A stretch of 64,000 bases of DNA, from contig CAWJTV010000003.1 of NCBI GenBank assembly GCA_963845755.1, forward strand, positions 64,001-128,000, read 5' to 3'. This document shows positions 12,469-23,548 of this stretch, one piece after another. This stretch comes from an uncultured Planctomycetota bacterium (lineage in GTDB: Bacteria; Planctomycetota; Planctomycetia; Isosphaerales; Isosphaeraceae). The position numbers and the translations under genes were made by a program. How positions within the stretch are numbered: position 1 is the first letter of the stretch; each line of letters opens with the position of its first letter. Under the pieces are notes generated by a model, which saw only the letters and a program-made list of their open reading frames with translations, was not told the DNA's origin and did not search any database.

Positions 12469-13543
12469 CAAGACGAAAGCGATCGCCCTCCTGCACGTCG
12501 AGGCCGCCAAGGCGAAAGCCGGGGACGTCGATAAGACGTGGGTTGAAAAAATCGAGCGCCTCTCTCAACTGTGCGAGGACGGCGCCTCGATCACCCATAT
12601 CGCCTTCCTCGGGACGGTCGTTCTCGCGAAGTCGATGGATCGCTCCGCCGATCTCTTCGCCATAAAGCCGCGTCACGCGGGGGGCAATCCCAAAGCCTTC
12701 TCCGCGAGGATACTGTGTGAAAACGCCCTCGTCCCGTGCGCCGCCGAACTCGGTATCAGTCTTGGGGTTACCGGGCGCCAGCCGCTGAACAATCAGCCTT
12801 ACTTTCGCATGAATAGGCTCGGTGACGACACCCCGGTGCATCCCGGGGGGCGAGCAGCGTTCGAGTACATGGTGAGCCTGGTACGCGAGCTTCAAGCACT
12901 TCCTGATGAGAATTCGGCCCGAGCGGCTCTTCGGGCCTTCATTGACGTCCGCAGCCGATATCAAAGGCGATACGATGCTTACGAGGTCGGTGAGGTAAGC
13001 CCGGAGGCGCTTGTTCAGGCTATCAAGAAACTGGTGAGAGAGAACTCGGAAGGAGGACGCAGGGCCCAGGCTGTTGTCGCGGGCCTCATGGATACGTTCG
13101 CAGGTCCTGAGAGAGTCGAGAGCGGCCGAATCAACGACCCGAGCCGCAAGTATCCGGGGGACGTGTGCGTGCGACTGGCTTCGGATCCGGATGTCTGGGA
13201 GAAAGCCCTCGAGGTGAGGGACAAGCGAGTCAGCGCGACCGATGTCCAGGTATTCGCGAAGAAATGCGTCGATATGGACGTCCGCGAGGCGGCGATTGTC
13301 ATGGTCTCCGAGAAGCAGCAACCCCTCGATGATGAAGCATTGCATCAATGGGCGCGTGGATTTGGTATCGGGTTGACTTTATTTAATGGTTGGGATGCGA
13401 TTGTTGAACAAGCTCTATTCTGGTCCGAGCAGCCGAAGCCGGTTGCCGCAACGCAGGCGGCGCTTCACATCCACAAGAGACTGAAGGCAGTAGAGGTATC
13501 TCCCGAGGCGATCGCCTTATGGCAGTCGCTGATTCGCAAGTGA
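12452..13543 (+). CDS. Type II restriction endonuclease, SacI-like
   Basis: AFSARILCE..L, REPLNNQPYF-like motif (RQPLNNQPYF), SEGGRRAQAVVAGL, INDPSRKYPGDV, EVRDK; located between a C5-MTase and vsr. Confidence 0.75.
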   Translation: MPLRIDKTKAIALLHVEAAKAKAGDVDKTWVEKIERLSQLCEDGASITHIAFLGTVVLAKSMDRSADLFAIKPRHAGGNPKAFSARILCENALVPCAAELGISLGVTGRQPLNNQPYFRMNRLGDDTPVHPGGRAAFEYMVSLVRELQALPDENSARAALRAFIDVRSRYQRRYDAYEVGEVSPEALVQAIKKLVRENSEGGRRAQAVVAGLMDTFAGPERVESGRINDPSRKYPGDVCVRLASDPDVWEKALEVRDKRVSATDVQVFAKKCVDMDVREAAIVMVSEKQQPLDDEALHQWARGFGIGLTLFNGWDAIVEQALFWSEQPKPVAATQAALHIHKRLKAVEVSPEAIALWQSLIRK

Positions 13544-13621
13544 TCATTGCTCAAAGTATTCCATCACCGTTTGGGCATAGTCCAGTATTTCGAGATGTTG
13601 GCCTTAAGCCACGTAACGTAA

Positions 13622-14104
13622 TCAGCCGTTGTATGATGATGTGCTCAGTGAATCATGCAAAAGCTTGATCTTTTGGGCGATGCCGAGCGGGTCCTTCTTT
13701 ATCTCGCTTTCCCAGATGCGGACAACGCGCCATCCCTGACTCTCAAGGATGGTAGAGTTCTCCGTATCTCGCTGTATGTTCCGAGCGATCTTAGCGAGCC
13801 AATACGGAGAGTTTGCGCCAAGGCTTAGCTTAGTTTGCAGCTTCTCCCACTCCCTGCCATGCCAAAAGTCGCCATCGCAGAAGATGGCCAATCGAAAGCG
13901 TGGGAACACGATATCAGGATTGCCTGGCAAAGTGGACATATGCTTCCGATAACGCAGCCCAAGACGCCAGAGGGCTTTTCGGAGAAGAACCTCGTGCTTC
14001 GTGTCCTTCTTCCGGTTGCCCTTCTTGGCCAAAGAAGCGCGATCGGACGCAGGACGGAGCCCCTTGAAACTAGGAGTCTTGCGGGCTGATTCGCAGTCGC
14101 TCAA
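13622..14104 (-). CDS. vsr: Very short patch repair endonuclease (start uncertain)
   Basis: DTKHEVLLRKALWRLGLRYR, LPGNPDIVF, FCDGDFWHG, KIARNIQRD, GWRVVRIWE. Confidence 0.92.
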   Translation of the reverse strand: MSDCESARKTPSFKGLRPASDRASLAKKGNRKKDTKHEVLLRKALWRLGLRYRKHMSTLPGNPDIVFPRFRLAIFCDGDFWHGREWEKLQTKLSLGANSPYWLAKIARNIQRDTENSTILESQGWRVVRIWESEIKKDPLGIAQKIKLLHDSLSTSSYNG

Positions 14105-14793
14105 GGATTGATCGCCGATGGGCCTGATCTCCCGTGTTGTGAAAAGCCAAGGCTTAGGTAGTGGACTCACTTCCAAATGGGATAGCTCGAGGGGATAGAT
14201 TTGGAAGGCCAAGGTTATCCCAGTGCCTATCGCCGTCTCGATAGCGAGTCCCATTACGATCGTTTGGCAGAAATCCGGCAGGGTCAAGACCCATTGGAGG
14301 GAATGTAATGGGACATTCCTAAGTCCCGACGCAGACTGCGTGACATGGTGAGATTGCGACGACCCGGAAGGAGCGCAGCCAGAGGCCAGCCAACCAGGGG
14401 TGCCGCCTCCATGGTCCAAGCGGGGGAAAAGAAGGGCCGTCCCAAAGAGACGCGTTACGCTGGTCCTGGCCACGTTGGTGGCCGCCCGAGGCCAGCGAGA
14501 CTGCGGGAACCGGCGGTATTTGATAAGATACCCTGCCAGGTCACAGTCACCTCGACGACTCGGAGCCAGGATCCCTCCGGCCAGGCGCTGTGAGAAGACT
14601 TGGCCGGCACCTGGCTGGCTGGTTACAAGAGGCGATCTGTGGTTCTCCCTCCCACGCGAGTACGATAAGGGGAATCCCCGGCGCACGATCCGTGTGAAAC
14701 CGCGGCCGCGTTTCGGGAACGGCGGCGCGTCCGGGCCTCGTCCCTGCGGATCGACACGACAACCCGGGAGTCTCCATGAAGAAGAAGGCCGTC

Positions 14794-15045
14794 ATGATCG
14801 AACTGACCGAACAACAGATGAACGCACTGGAGAATCCGGAGGAGACCCCACTCCGCATGGTTAATCCCCGCACCGGGGAGACGTTCGTCCTGCTCAGCGA
14901 GAAGGAATTCGGACGATCGAGCGAGGAGGGATATGATGATAGCCCCTGGACTCGCGAGGAACGGCAGGCCCTGGCCTGGCAGGCGGGCCGACATGCCGGC
15001 TGGGAAGACATGGACGAGTACGACGAGATCCCGGAGCGGCCATGA
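14794..15045 (+). CDS. Probable antitoxin (small acidic protein)
   Basis: Acidic ~83 aa ORF overlapping the start of a PemK toxin (ATGA overlap). Confidence 0.65.
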   Translation: MIELTEQQMNALENPEETPLRMVNPRTGETFVLLSEKEFGRSSEEGYDDSPWTREERQALAWQAGRHAGWEDMDEYDEIPERP

Positions 15046-15392
15046 AACAGGGTGACGTCGTGCTCGTCCGATTCCCGCATCCCTCCGGCCAGCGCGGGAA
15101 GAAGCGGCCAGCGGTCGTGGTGCAGTCCGACGCCTACCTGGGGACCTTCGGCACCGTCATTGTCGCGGAGGTGACCAAGAACCCGAAGATGGCCGGCGAT
15201 CCCGCCTGTTTGTTCATCGACTCGAGCACAGCCGAGGGCAAAGCCACCGGCCTGATCCGCGATTCCGTCGTCTCTTGGCTCTTGCTCGCTACGGTGGATG
15301 CGGACACCGTGGCAAACGTCCTGGGCACGCTGTCGCCGAACCTGATGCAACGGTTGAATGCGTGCCCGAGGGCCAGTTTCGACCTGCCCTGA
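15042..15392 (+). CDS. PemK/MazF-family toxin
   Basis: QGDVVLVRFP...GKKRPAVVVQSD...TGLIRDS. Confidence 0.88.
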   Translation: MKQGDVVLVRFPHPSGQRGKKRPAVVVQSDAYLGTFGTVIVAEVTKNPKMAGDPACLFIDSSTAEGKATGLIRDSVVSWLLLATVDADTVANVLGTLSPNLMQRLNACPRASFDLP

Positions 15393-15985
15393 ACGCCGCG
15401 CCTGATTCGCTTGATGTTCGCTTCGAACACCGGCCGATGCCCCCGTCGATCGCTCCGGGTACGCATTCCCCCTCAAGCGGGCAACCGTTGAGCATGAGAA
15501 ACCGGACAACGCCCGCACTCGCGGCGACGTTCGCCGCTCCATCCAACCCGATCATAACGGCGAGGTGGGACAGATCCCGTCCAACGTGACTGATGTTCAC
15601 GTTGAACGAATCCCCGTCCCATCAGCGTCCACTCGGAGATCGGAGTGGAACGTCGTCGTCACAATCGCCACAACCCGACCCAGAAAATCCCGGATCCGAA
15701 AGGCTGGGCCCCAAAAAGGTGCGTATAGTTCCCAGTAACGGGATTTGCCGGTGCGTTCGGGGTGCGCAAAAGAGAGAAAGCAAACGGGCGAAGGTAGGGT
15801 GGCGGGGATGGGTGGCGGGGGATGGGTAGCGGGGGAAGACTGAGAGCCAATCGACGAGACGAAGCCACAATCATGACGAGAAAACATGAAGTATCGATTG
15901 CAACGAATGTGCGAACTATGACGACTCGCGCGGCCAGGCCGGTCGGGCCGGTTCCCCTCGCTCGGGATCGATCAACGACCCGCGT

Positions 15986-16216
15986 GAAATCGGCGGAACG
16001 AACCCACGGGGCCGCAGGGGCGGGAGAACACGTCGCGCGAAATCGTCGAAACGAAGCCAACCGCCCTGAAGCGCTGGTCCTGATCGCCATCGGGCTCGTC
16101 AGGGCGACGCGTGAAATCGTCGAAACGAAGCCATCGCCGCCCGCCCGCGCCCGGAATCGGGAAAAACGAAGCCATCGCCGCCGGCCGGCACCCAAGAACG
16201 CGAAATCGAACCCACG
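15986..16216 (+). repeat. Cluster of short imperfect direct repeats (core AACGAAGCCA/AACGAACCCA)
   Basis: GAAATCGTCGAAACGAAGCCA exact at 16039-16059 and 16113-16133; variants at ~15986, ~16153, ~16200. Confidence 0.6.
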
Positions 16217-16492
16217 ATTATCGGGGTGGAAGCGATCGTACGGCTGGCGCGGGTCCTGCAGCACGATCCCGAGATCGGCGTGGTAGCGATTGCGTGGCTG
16301 GCGCGGGCCTCTGCCGCGCGAATTCGGGAACGCGGCGGTCGGCGACACCTCGGGTCTTCTTCTGACTACGACCCTACGCCATGTAAACTTTTGTATAGAG
16401 AATCCCTTGCGGGCCGCCAATGCGTCGGGGACAATCGCGTGATGAGAGATCTTCTCCCGATGACCGACTGGCGTGAGAGGTGCCACCCACCC

Positions 16493-19400
16493 ATGAATCA
16501 GCCCGACGATCGCGCCGATGACGTGCTCGACCGGTTTCATCCGGCGGTGTCATCGTGGTTCCGCGAGCAGTTTGGCGAGCCGACACCTGCGCAGCGGCTG
16601 GGCTGGCCGGCGATCGCCTCGGGACAGAATGCCCTGATCGTGGCGCCGACCGGTTCGGGAAAGACGCTGGCCGCGTTCCTGGCCGCACTCGATCACCTCT
16701 GGCGAGCTCCGCGCCAGGAAAAGGGCGTCCGCATCCTCTACATTTCCCCGCTGAAAGCGTTGAACCAGGATGTCTGGCGCAACCTGCAATTTCCCCTGGA
16801 AGGCATCCTGGTGCGGTCGAAGGCGATGGGCATGCCTCTGTCCGCACTGAGCGTCGCGGTGCGGAGCGGTGATACACCGAGCGCGGACCGAGCCAGGATG
16901 GTCCGCAAGCCGCCGGACATCCTCATCACCACGCCGGAATCGCTCCACCTGATGCTGACCAGCCAGGCCAGGAAGATCCTGCGCGGGGTCTCGCACGTGA
17001 TCGTTGATGAGATCCATGCGGTCTGCGGCAACAAGCGGGGCGTGTTCCTGGCCTTGTTGCTGGAACGCCTGGAGGCGATCAATCCGGCGAGCTTCGTGCG
17101 GATCGGGCTGTCGGCGACCCAGCGCCCGCTGGAGGAAGTGGCGCGCTATCTGGGCGGACTCCGTCGGGTCGGGCCGTCGACCATCGAGCCCCGGCCGGTC
17201 GCCGTCATCGACGCCGGCCGGCGGCGCGACCTGGACCTGTCGGTCATCTGGCCGGCCGGCCCCGATCGGCTGCCGGGCGCCGGCATGATCTGGCCGGCAA
17301 TCGAGGACAAGCTGGCGACATTGGTCCGCGCACATCGTTCGACGATCATCTTCACCAATAATCGGAGGACCGTCGAGAAGCTGACCGGCCGGCTCAACGA
17401 GGCGGCCATGGCCGACGCGGAGGACGAGGCGAGCCGCCCGTTCCGGGCCCATCATGGAAGCCTGAGCCTGGACGAGCGCCGGGCCACGGAAGACGCGCTC
17501 AAGAACGGCGAGCTCGCGGCGGTGGTGGCCACGGCCTCGTTAGAGTTGGGGATCGACATGGGAGCGGTCAACCTGGTCTGTCAGGTGGAATCGCCGGGGA
17601 ACGTGTCGCGAGGGCTCCAGCGAGTGGGCCGCGCCGGGCACGTGGTGCACGGCGTGAGCCGGGGGCGACTGATCGCCAAGACTCCGGCCGACCTGCTCGA
17701 ATCGGCGGCCCTGTGTCGTGCCATGATCCAGGGGGAGATCGAGCACCTGCGCGTGCCGCGGGGATGCCTGGATGTCCTGGCCCAGCAGATGGTCGCGTGC
17801 GTGGCCATGGAACCGTGGGACGTCCCCGCGCTGCTCGACCTGGTCCGGAGTGCCTACCCATTCCACGACCTCTCGGCCGAGGCGTTCGAGAGCGTCCTCC
17901 GGCTGATCTCGGGCCGGTTTCCAACCCCGGGGCTCCGCGACCTGCGCGCCGAATCGCCTGGGACCCGATCCACAACCGGCTGGCCGCATTGCCGGGGACC
18001 GCGCATCTGGCCCTCCTCGGCGGCGGGACGATCCCCGATACGGGCCAGTTCCCGGTGTATCTCGGTGACGGCGGGCCGCGCCTCGGCGAGCTGGACGAGG
18101 AATTCGTCTTCGAGCGTCGGGTGGGCGAGACGTTCATCCTCGGCAATTCGGCATGGCGGATCGATGCCATCGAGGCGCATCGCGTGGTGGTCGGCAAGGC
18201 GGAGGGTCATCCGGGGGTGATGCCCTTCTGGCATGGAGAAGCGGCGCCACGCTCGCCCGAGTTAGGCGAGGCGGTCGGGGCGCTGCGCGCGAGCTGACCG
18301 AGCGGCTCGACGACCCCGGTTTACTCCCCTGGCTGGAGCGCGAGTGCCGGCTCGAGGCAACGGCTGCGCGGATGATCCGGCAATTCCTCGCCCGTCAGCA
18401 ACGGTTGGCGGGAGTCGTGCCCGACGATCGCACGATCCTGATCGAAGCGTTCCCCGACCAGACCGGTGAACTCGGCCTGGCCATCCTCACGCCGTTCGGC
18501 GGCACCCTGCACCTCGGGTTGAAGCTCGCGCTGCTCGGTCGGATCCGCCGACGGCTTGGCCTGACCCCCGCATGCCTCCACGGCGACGATGGCCTGCTGT
18601 TCCGCCTCCCGAACCTGGATGAGCCTCCCCTTGACCTCTTCGACGGCTTAACCGGCGAACTCGCCGAAAACCTGATCCGCGAGGAGCTCCCGGACACCGC
18701 CCTGTTCGGCTTGCGGTTCCGGCAGAACGCGTCCCGGGCCTTGCTCATGCCACGGCCCGACCCGGCCAAGCGCACGCCGCTCTGGCTCCAGCGACTCCGG
18801 GCCAAGGATCTGTTGCAAGTCGCGCGACAGTTCCCGGATTTCCCCATCGTGCTGGAGACCTTCCGCGAATGCCTCGACGATGACCTCGACCTGCCCCGAC
18901 TCCGCGCGTTCCTCGACGCGATCCAGGAGGGATCCATCCGCGTGGTGCGCCGACGGGCCGAGGTCCCCTCGCCGCTGACCTCCGAGCTGATCTTCGCCTT
19001 CACGGCGGCTCACGTGTACGAGTGGGATCAGCCGAAGTCGAGCGCCCGGCAGCCGGCGGCGTCGGTGGTCGACGAGGACCTGCTCGGTCCGCTCCTCCGC
19101 GATGGAGCGTCATCCCGATGGCTGGATCCCCAGGCGATCGGGCGCGTGGACAACCGGCTCCGCCGTCTGGGCCATCCCCCGCGCACCGCGGAGGAGATGT
19201 CCGAGCACCTCCGCAGGCTGGGCGACCTGACGACGGCGGAACTCTCTGGTCCGATGGCCGCCTTCCTGGCGGAGTTGCAAGCCTCCGGCCGAGCCCTCAC
19301 GATCGAGCTGACCGGGACCTCCGAACCCCTGCGATGGATCCTGACGGAGGACGTCTCGCTCTATCAGGAAGCGTTTCCCGGCGCACTCGGCGGTGCTGTG

Positions 19401-20990
19401 CCCCACGGCTCGGAAAGAGCCTCGCCCTCGTTGCCCGCAACGAACGCGCGCATGACGATCGTCGAGCGATTCTTGCGTACTCATGCGCTCATCGGCCTGG
19501 CCGATCTGACGGCCCGGTATCCGATCTCCCCGCCCGAGGCGACCGAGCTGCTGGAACATTGGGCCGAGGAAGGAAAAGCAATCCGGTTGGATGGGCGAGA
19601 CGGGTCGGAGGAAGCACGATGGGCGGAGCGCGACAACCTGGCCGAAATCCGCCGCGCGACCGTCGCGGCCCGTCGGCGGGAGAGCCTGGCCGTCTCACCG
19701 GAAACCTTCGCCGACTTCCTGCTCCGATGGCAGCACGTCCATCCTTCCACCCGCGGGGAGGGCCCGGCGTTCGTCGAGACGGTGTTGCAACAGCTCCAGG
19801 GCTATGCCATGCCGGCACGGCTCTGGGAAAGCGAGGTCTTCCCCAGGCACGTCGAGGGCTATCGCCCGGCCTGGCTGGACGAGGTGCTCAACCGGGGGTC
19901 CTGGTTGTGGCGGTCTGCGCGGGGCCTTGAATCTTCGGATGAGCGGAAACCCGTCGATGGTGAGCCGCGCGTGGCCTTCTTCCTCCGCGATTTCCCGGGT
20001 CAGACCGAAGGAACGCGCGAACTCGGGGATCTCTCCGATGACGAGGCCCGGGTCCTGGGACTGCTGGATCGGGAGGGCGCAGCGGTTCGCGTCCGACCTG
20101 GCGCGGATCTCGGGCATCGAGCCGACGCGGGTGCGCCGCGCGCTGCCGGGCCTGTTGGTCCGGGGACTGGTGACGAACGACCGCTTCGATCCGGTGCGCC
20201 CGGCGCAGAGTCAGCCCTCCTGGCCTTGACCGAGGCGGCGTCGGATCGCCGCGGTGGGCACTTGTTGCGAATCCGCCCGCGGCGATCGATCGCCGGCCAG
20301 CCCGAGGGGCGCTGGTCGCGCCTGGCCGATTCCGCGAACGATCCCGAGGGCCAGCTCCTGGCCTGGGCCGGCGCACTGCTGGAGCGCTACGGTGTGCTGA
20401 CGCGCGAAATCGCCGCCCTCGATCGATCGGCACCCACCTGGAGCGACATCGCTCCGATCCTGGCCCGTGCCGAGTGGCGCGACGAGGTCCGGCGTGGATA
20501 CTTCGTCGAGGGCCTTTCCGGGGTCCAGTATGCGACGGAGGAAGCCGCCGCCGAGCTGGGCCGGCTATCGGCACAATCTCCAGCGGTTACACCGGTTATC
20601 CTGGTATCCACGATCGATCCGGCCAACCTCTACGGCGCGGGCGCACCCCTGGATGTGGAGCTGCTCGACGGCGGCGTCGCACGCCTGCCGCGCATTGCCG
20701 GCAATTTCCTGGCGATCCGCGACGGACGCCCCGTCCTGATCGTCGAAGCCTACGGTAAGCGCCTGACCGGACTCCCCTGGGCTTCCCAGACCGACATCGA
20801 TTCCGCGCTGAAGCTTCTCACCACCTTAACCGGGCCCGCTCGACGGATCCTCAAGGTCGAATTGTATAATAGTGTGCCCGCCGCGGAGAGCCCGGCGGCC
20901 GCCCGACTCACCGAGGCGGGCTTCGTCCGCGATTATCCCGCGATGGCGTACTACGCGGGGTGGCCGACGATCCCTGCCGGGGCAACCTGA
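16493..20990 (+). CDS. lhr: Lhr-family ATP-dependent DEAD/H helicase, long form (frameshifts ~17950, ~18290, ~20080-20200)
   Basis: APTGSGKTLAAF, YISPLKAL, ITTPESL, DEIH, GLSATQ, HHGSLS, ATASLELGID, QRVGRAGH, GELDEEFV, RRGYFVEGLSGVQYA. Confidence 0.93.
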
Positions 20991-21082
20991 CCGATTTTCG
21001 ATTTTTTGGGATGCGGGTTCCATGAATCCAATAATCCAAGATCGAGAATCCACAATCCAGATAACGCCACCGGAGCCGACCG

Positions 21083-21895
21083 ATGGAGACTCCCCCGAAC
21101 CAATCCCAGCCCGCGGGCGAGCCCTACTACGACTGCATCGTGATCAGCGACCTGCACCTGGGAAGCGACGTCTGTCAGGCCAAGCTGCTCGAGGAATTCC
21201 TGACCTGGGCCGTCCAGCACTGCCACGAACTGGTGATCAACGGCGATATCTTCGACGACCTCAATTTCAAGCGATTGACGAAGCGGCACTTCGCCTGTCT
21301 GAAGATCATCCGGCGCAACTCGGATCGCGAGGATTTCCGCCTGGTCTGGGTCCGTGGCAACCACGACGGCCCGGCCGACATCATCAGCCACATCGTCGGA
21401 GTCGAGATCCTGGACGAATACATCTTCGACAACCAGCGGATCCGGCTCCTGATCCTCCACGGAGACCAGTTCGACATGTTTGCCACGGGCTACCCTTGGT
21501 TTACCGAAATCGCCTGCGGCATTTTCTACTATATCCAGAAGTACATGCCTCATCGCGCGGCCCGTTGGATCCGGCGGATCTCGAAGCAATTTCAGCGGAA
21601 CAGCCAGCTCGTCGAGAGCCGGGCCATCGAATACGCCCGGGGCCGGGGATTCCGGTATGTCACCTGCGGCCACACCCATCTGCCCTTGGTCTCCGAGCGC
21701 GACGGCGTCCATTATGTCAACAGCGGCACCTGGACCGATTATCCGCCCTGTCCCTTCGTGGCGGTCCAGGGGAACGAGGTCCGACTGGAAGCTTGGCCGC
21801 TGGCCCAGGCAGAGACCGAAACCGAAACCGGGACCGCGGAAGATCCGGAGCGGCGGTCCCATCCTGCGATGCCTCCCCTGCCTGCCATGGGCTGA
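21083..21895 (+). CDS. Calcineurin-like metallophosphoesterase (UDP-2,3-diacylglucosamine diphosphatase-like)
   Basis: SDLHLG, GDIFD, GNHD, HGD, GHTH, NSG motifs. Confidence 0.88.
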   Translation: METPPNQSQPAGEPYYDCIVISDLHLGSDVCQAKLLEEFLTWAVQHCHELVINGDIFDDLNFKRLTKRHFACLKIIRRNSDREDFRLVWVRGNHDGPADIISHIVGVEILDEYIFDNQRIRLLILHGDQFDMFATGYPWFTEIACGIFYYIQKYMPHRAARWIRRISKQFQRNSQLVESRAIEYARGRGFRYVTCGHTHLPLVSERDGVHYVNSGTWTDYPPCPFVAVQGNEVRLEAWPLAQAETETETGTAEDPERRSHPAMPPLPAMG

Positions 21896-22134
21896 TCGGC
21901 TTCCGAGCATTTGCAAAGAACGGGCGTGTTCCGTTTTAACCACTCAGGCCGATGATTGGGTCGAAGGACGTGTGGAATTCCCATCGTCCTGGTAGGATAA
22001 TCTGGAATGGATCCGGAGATTGTCGTCGGACGCGCGCGCGTCGATCGATAGGGAACGCGGTCGGACTCGCCGGCAAATTGTGTGGAAGGACCGGTCCCTG
22101 TGTCGGCTACCCTCGTGTGAGTGAGCGAATTGCC

Positions 22135-23514
22135 ATGAACCAAGACCCTGAGAGCCTGCTCGAAGTCAACCGGATCGACGAAGTGCTCGAGGCACCCGAT
22201 CCGCCTCAATCGGTCGTGGTCGTCCAGTATCGCACGTCGCGGTTGCCCTGGGTGTTGTTGATCGGCGCGATCGTGCTCGTCCCGCTCATCTGCGGTGTGA
22301 TTTATTACCGCATCAACGAAGGACTCCGCAACCAGGCCGCGCTGGTCGCCAGGGACATGGTGAAGCAATGGGAGGAGCAGAAGCGCCTCGAAGCCGATGC
22401 GCCGGTTCCGATCCGGACCGGGCTCCCCGTGGCACTGGCCTCGACTTCGGTACCGGCCGCCCCGACTCAAGGAGATGCCGCCCCTGCCCCAGCCTCCGGG
22501 ATAAGGCAGTCGGAATCGGGTAAGCCGAACGGGCAAGACCTCGTGACGAAACCGGTCGAGTCCACGGCCGCGGTGCGTTCGTCGGTTGAAGGGCCCGCAC
22601 CTCCGCCCCCCGGTGCCCCGGCCTCCGGTTCCGAAGCGTCTCCTCCGATGCCCGCCCCGCGTGATGGCGGTCTCGTTGCCGCGGTGAGGGCACCGGGGGA
22701 TGCGGCGCGGTCCCCGTTTGGCGACCTGGGTCCGTCGACCGCGGAGCCGGCCGAGACACCCTTCGGAGCGAACGCTTCCCGGACAGCCGCGACCGCCCGG
22801 CAGTCGCCCGAGACGGCCCATCCGGTCGCGAACCCACCGCCGATCGCCAGCGCCCCGGCCGAGGCCCAGCCGGACGTTGCCACGGCGCCGTCGCCTGACC
22901 CGCCGTCGCCCTTCGCGCCGTCGCCCGACCCGCCGATTGCGGCCCCCACCGAGCCACCTCTGCCTTCCCGAGAGGAGACCGAACGCCAGATCCACGAGGA
23001 AGCCGCACAGAAGGAGGCTGACAGGGTCCGGGAGATCGAGCAGCAAAGGGCCGAAGATCGTCGCTTGCAATACGACGAACGGGCCCGGTTCCACCAGGAG
23101 CTCCGGGAGGCCCTCATCGAAAAAAACCGCAGTCAGGCTGCGATGGCCATCGACCAGCTATGCCAGAAGTTCAACTTCAAATTGAACCCCGTCAACTACG
23201 CGCTGGCGCGGGAGAAGTGGAACTCCGGTGGTTCCCTGGCGGTTCGGGCCAACTTGATCCGCCGGCTCGACCTACCCGAAGCGGTGATCCTCAACTTCCT
23301 CTCCGCCGACCTCGATCCGAAGATCCATACACGGAATGGGCCGCGCGACCGGGATGAGGTTCGTGTGTGGGCGGCCCGGGCGCTCCTCATGAAATGCAAG
23401 TTGCCCTCACCGGAGGAGGCGATGCGCCCGCCGGCCAGGACAGGCCGGAGTGCCCCCCCCGCGAATCGACGGGCCGAGCCCGCGGCGGCGCACGCAACCG
23501 CTCCTCTTCGATGA
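22135..23514 (+). CDS. Hypothetical membrane-anchored Pro/Ala-rich protein
   Basis: Single TM (WVLLIGAIVLVPLICGVIY), low-complexity linker, helical C-terminal domain. Confidence 0.7.
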   Translation: MNQDPESLLEVNRIDEVLEAPDPPQSVVVVQYRTSRLPWVLLIGAIVLVPLICGVIYYRINEGLRNQAALVARDMVKQWEEQKRLEADAPVPIRTGLPVALASTSVPAAPTQGDAAPAPASGIRQSESGKPNGQDLVTKPVESTAAVRSSVEGPAPPPPGAPASGSEASPPMPAPRDGGLVAAVRAPGDAARSPFGDLGPSTAEPAETPFGANASRTAATARQSPETAHPVANPPPIASAPAEAQPDVATAPSPDPPSPFAPSPDPPIAAPTEPPLPSREETERQIHEEAAQKEADRVREIEQQRAEDRRLQYDERARFHQELREALIEKNRSQAAMAIDQLCQKFNFKLNPVNYALAREKWNSGGSLAVRANLIRRLDLPEAVILNFLSADLDPKIHTRNGPRDRDEVRVWAARALLMKCKLPSPEEAMRPPARTGRSAPPANRRAEPAAAHATAPLR

Positions 23515-23548
23515 GATCCAACTCCTTTCCTGCTCCCCTTGAGTCGCC

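Noticed and set aside
14105..14686. Long N-terminal extension of Vsr in the 354-aa ORF
   Set aside because: No protein-like features; Vsr homology covers only the last ~150-160 aa
15986..16216. CRISPR array
   Set aside because: Repeats are degenerate with irregular spacing and no cas operon; the Cas4-like domain at 6.6 kb is part of a helicase fusion
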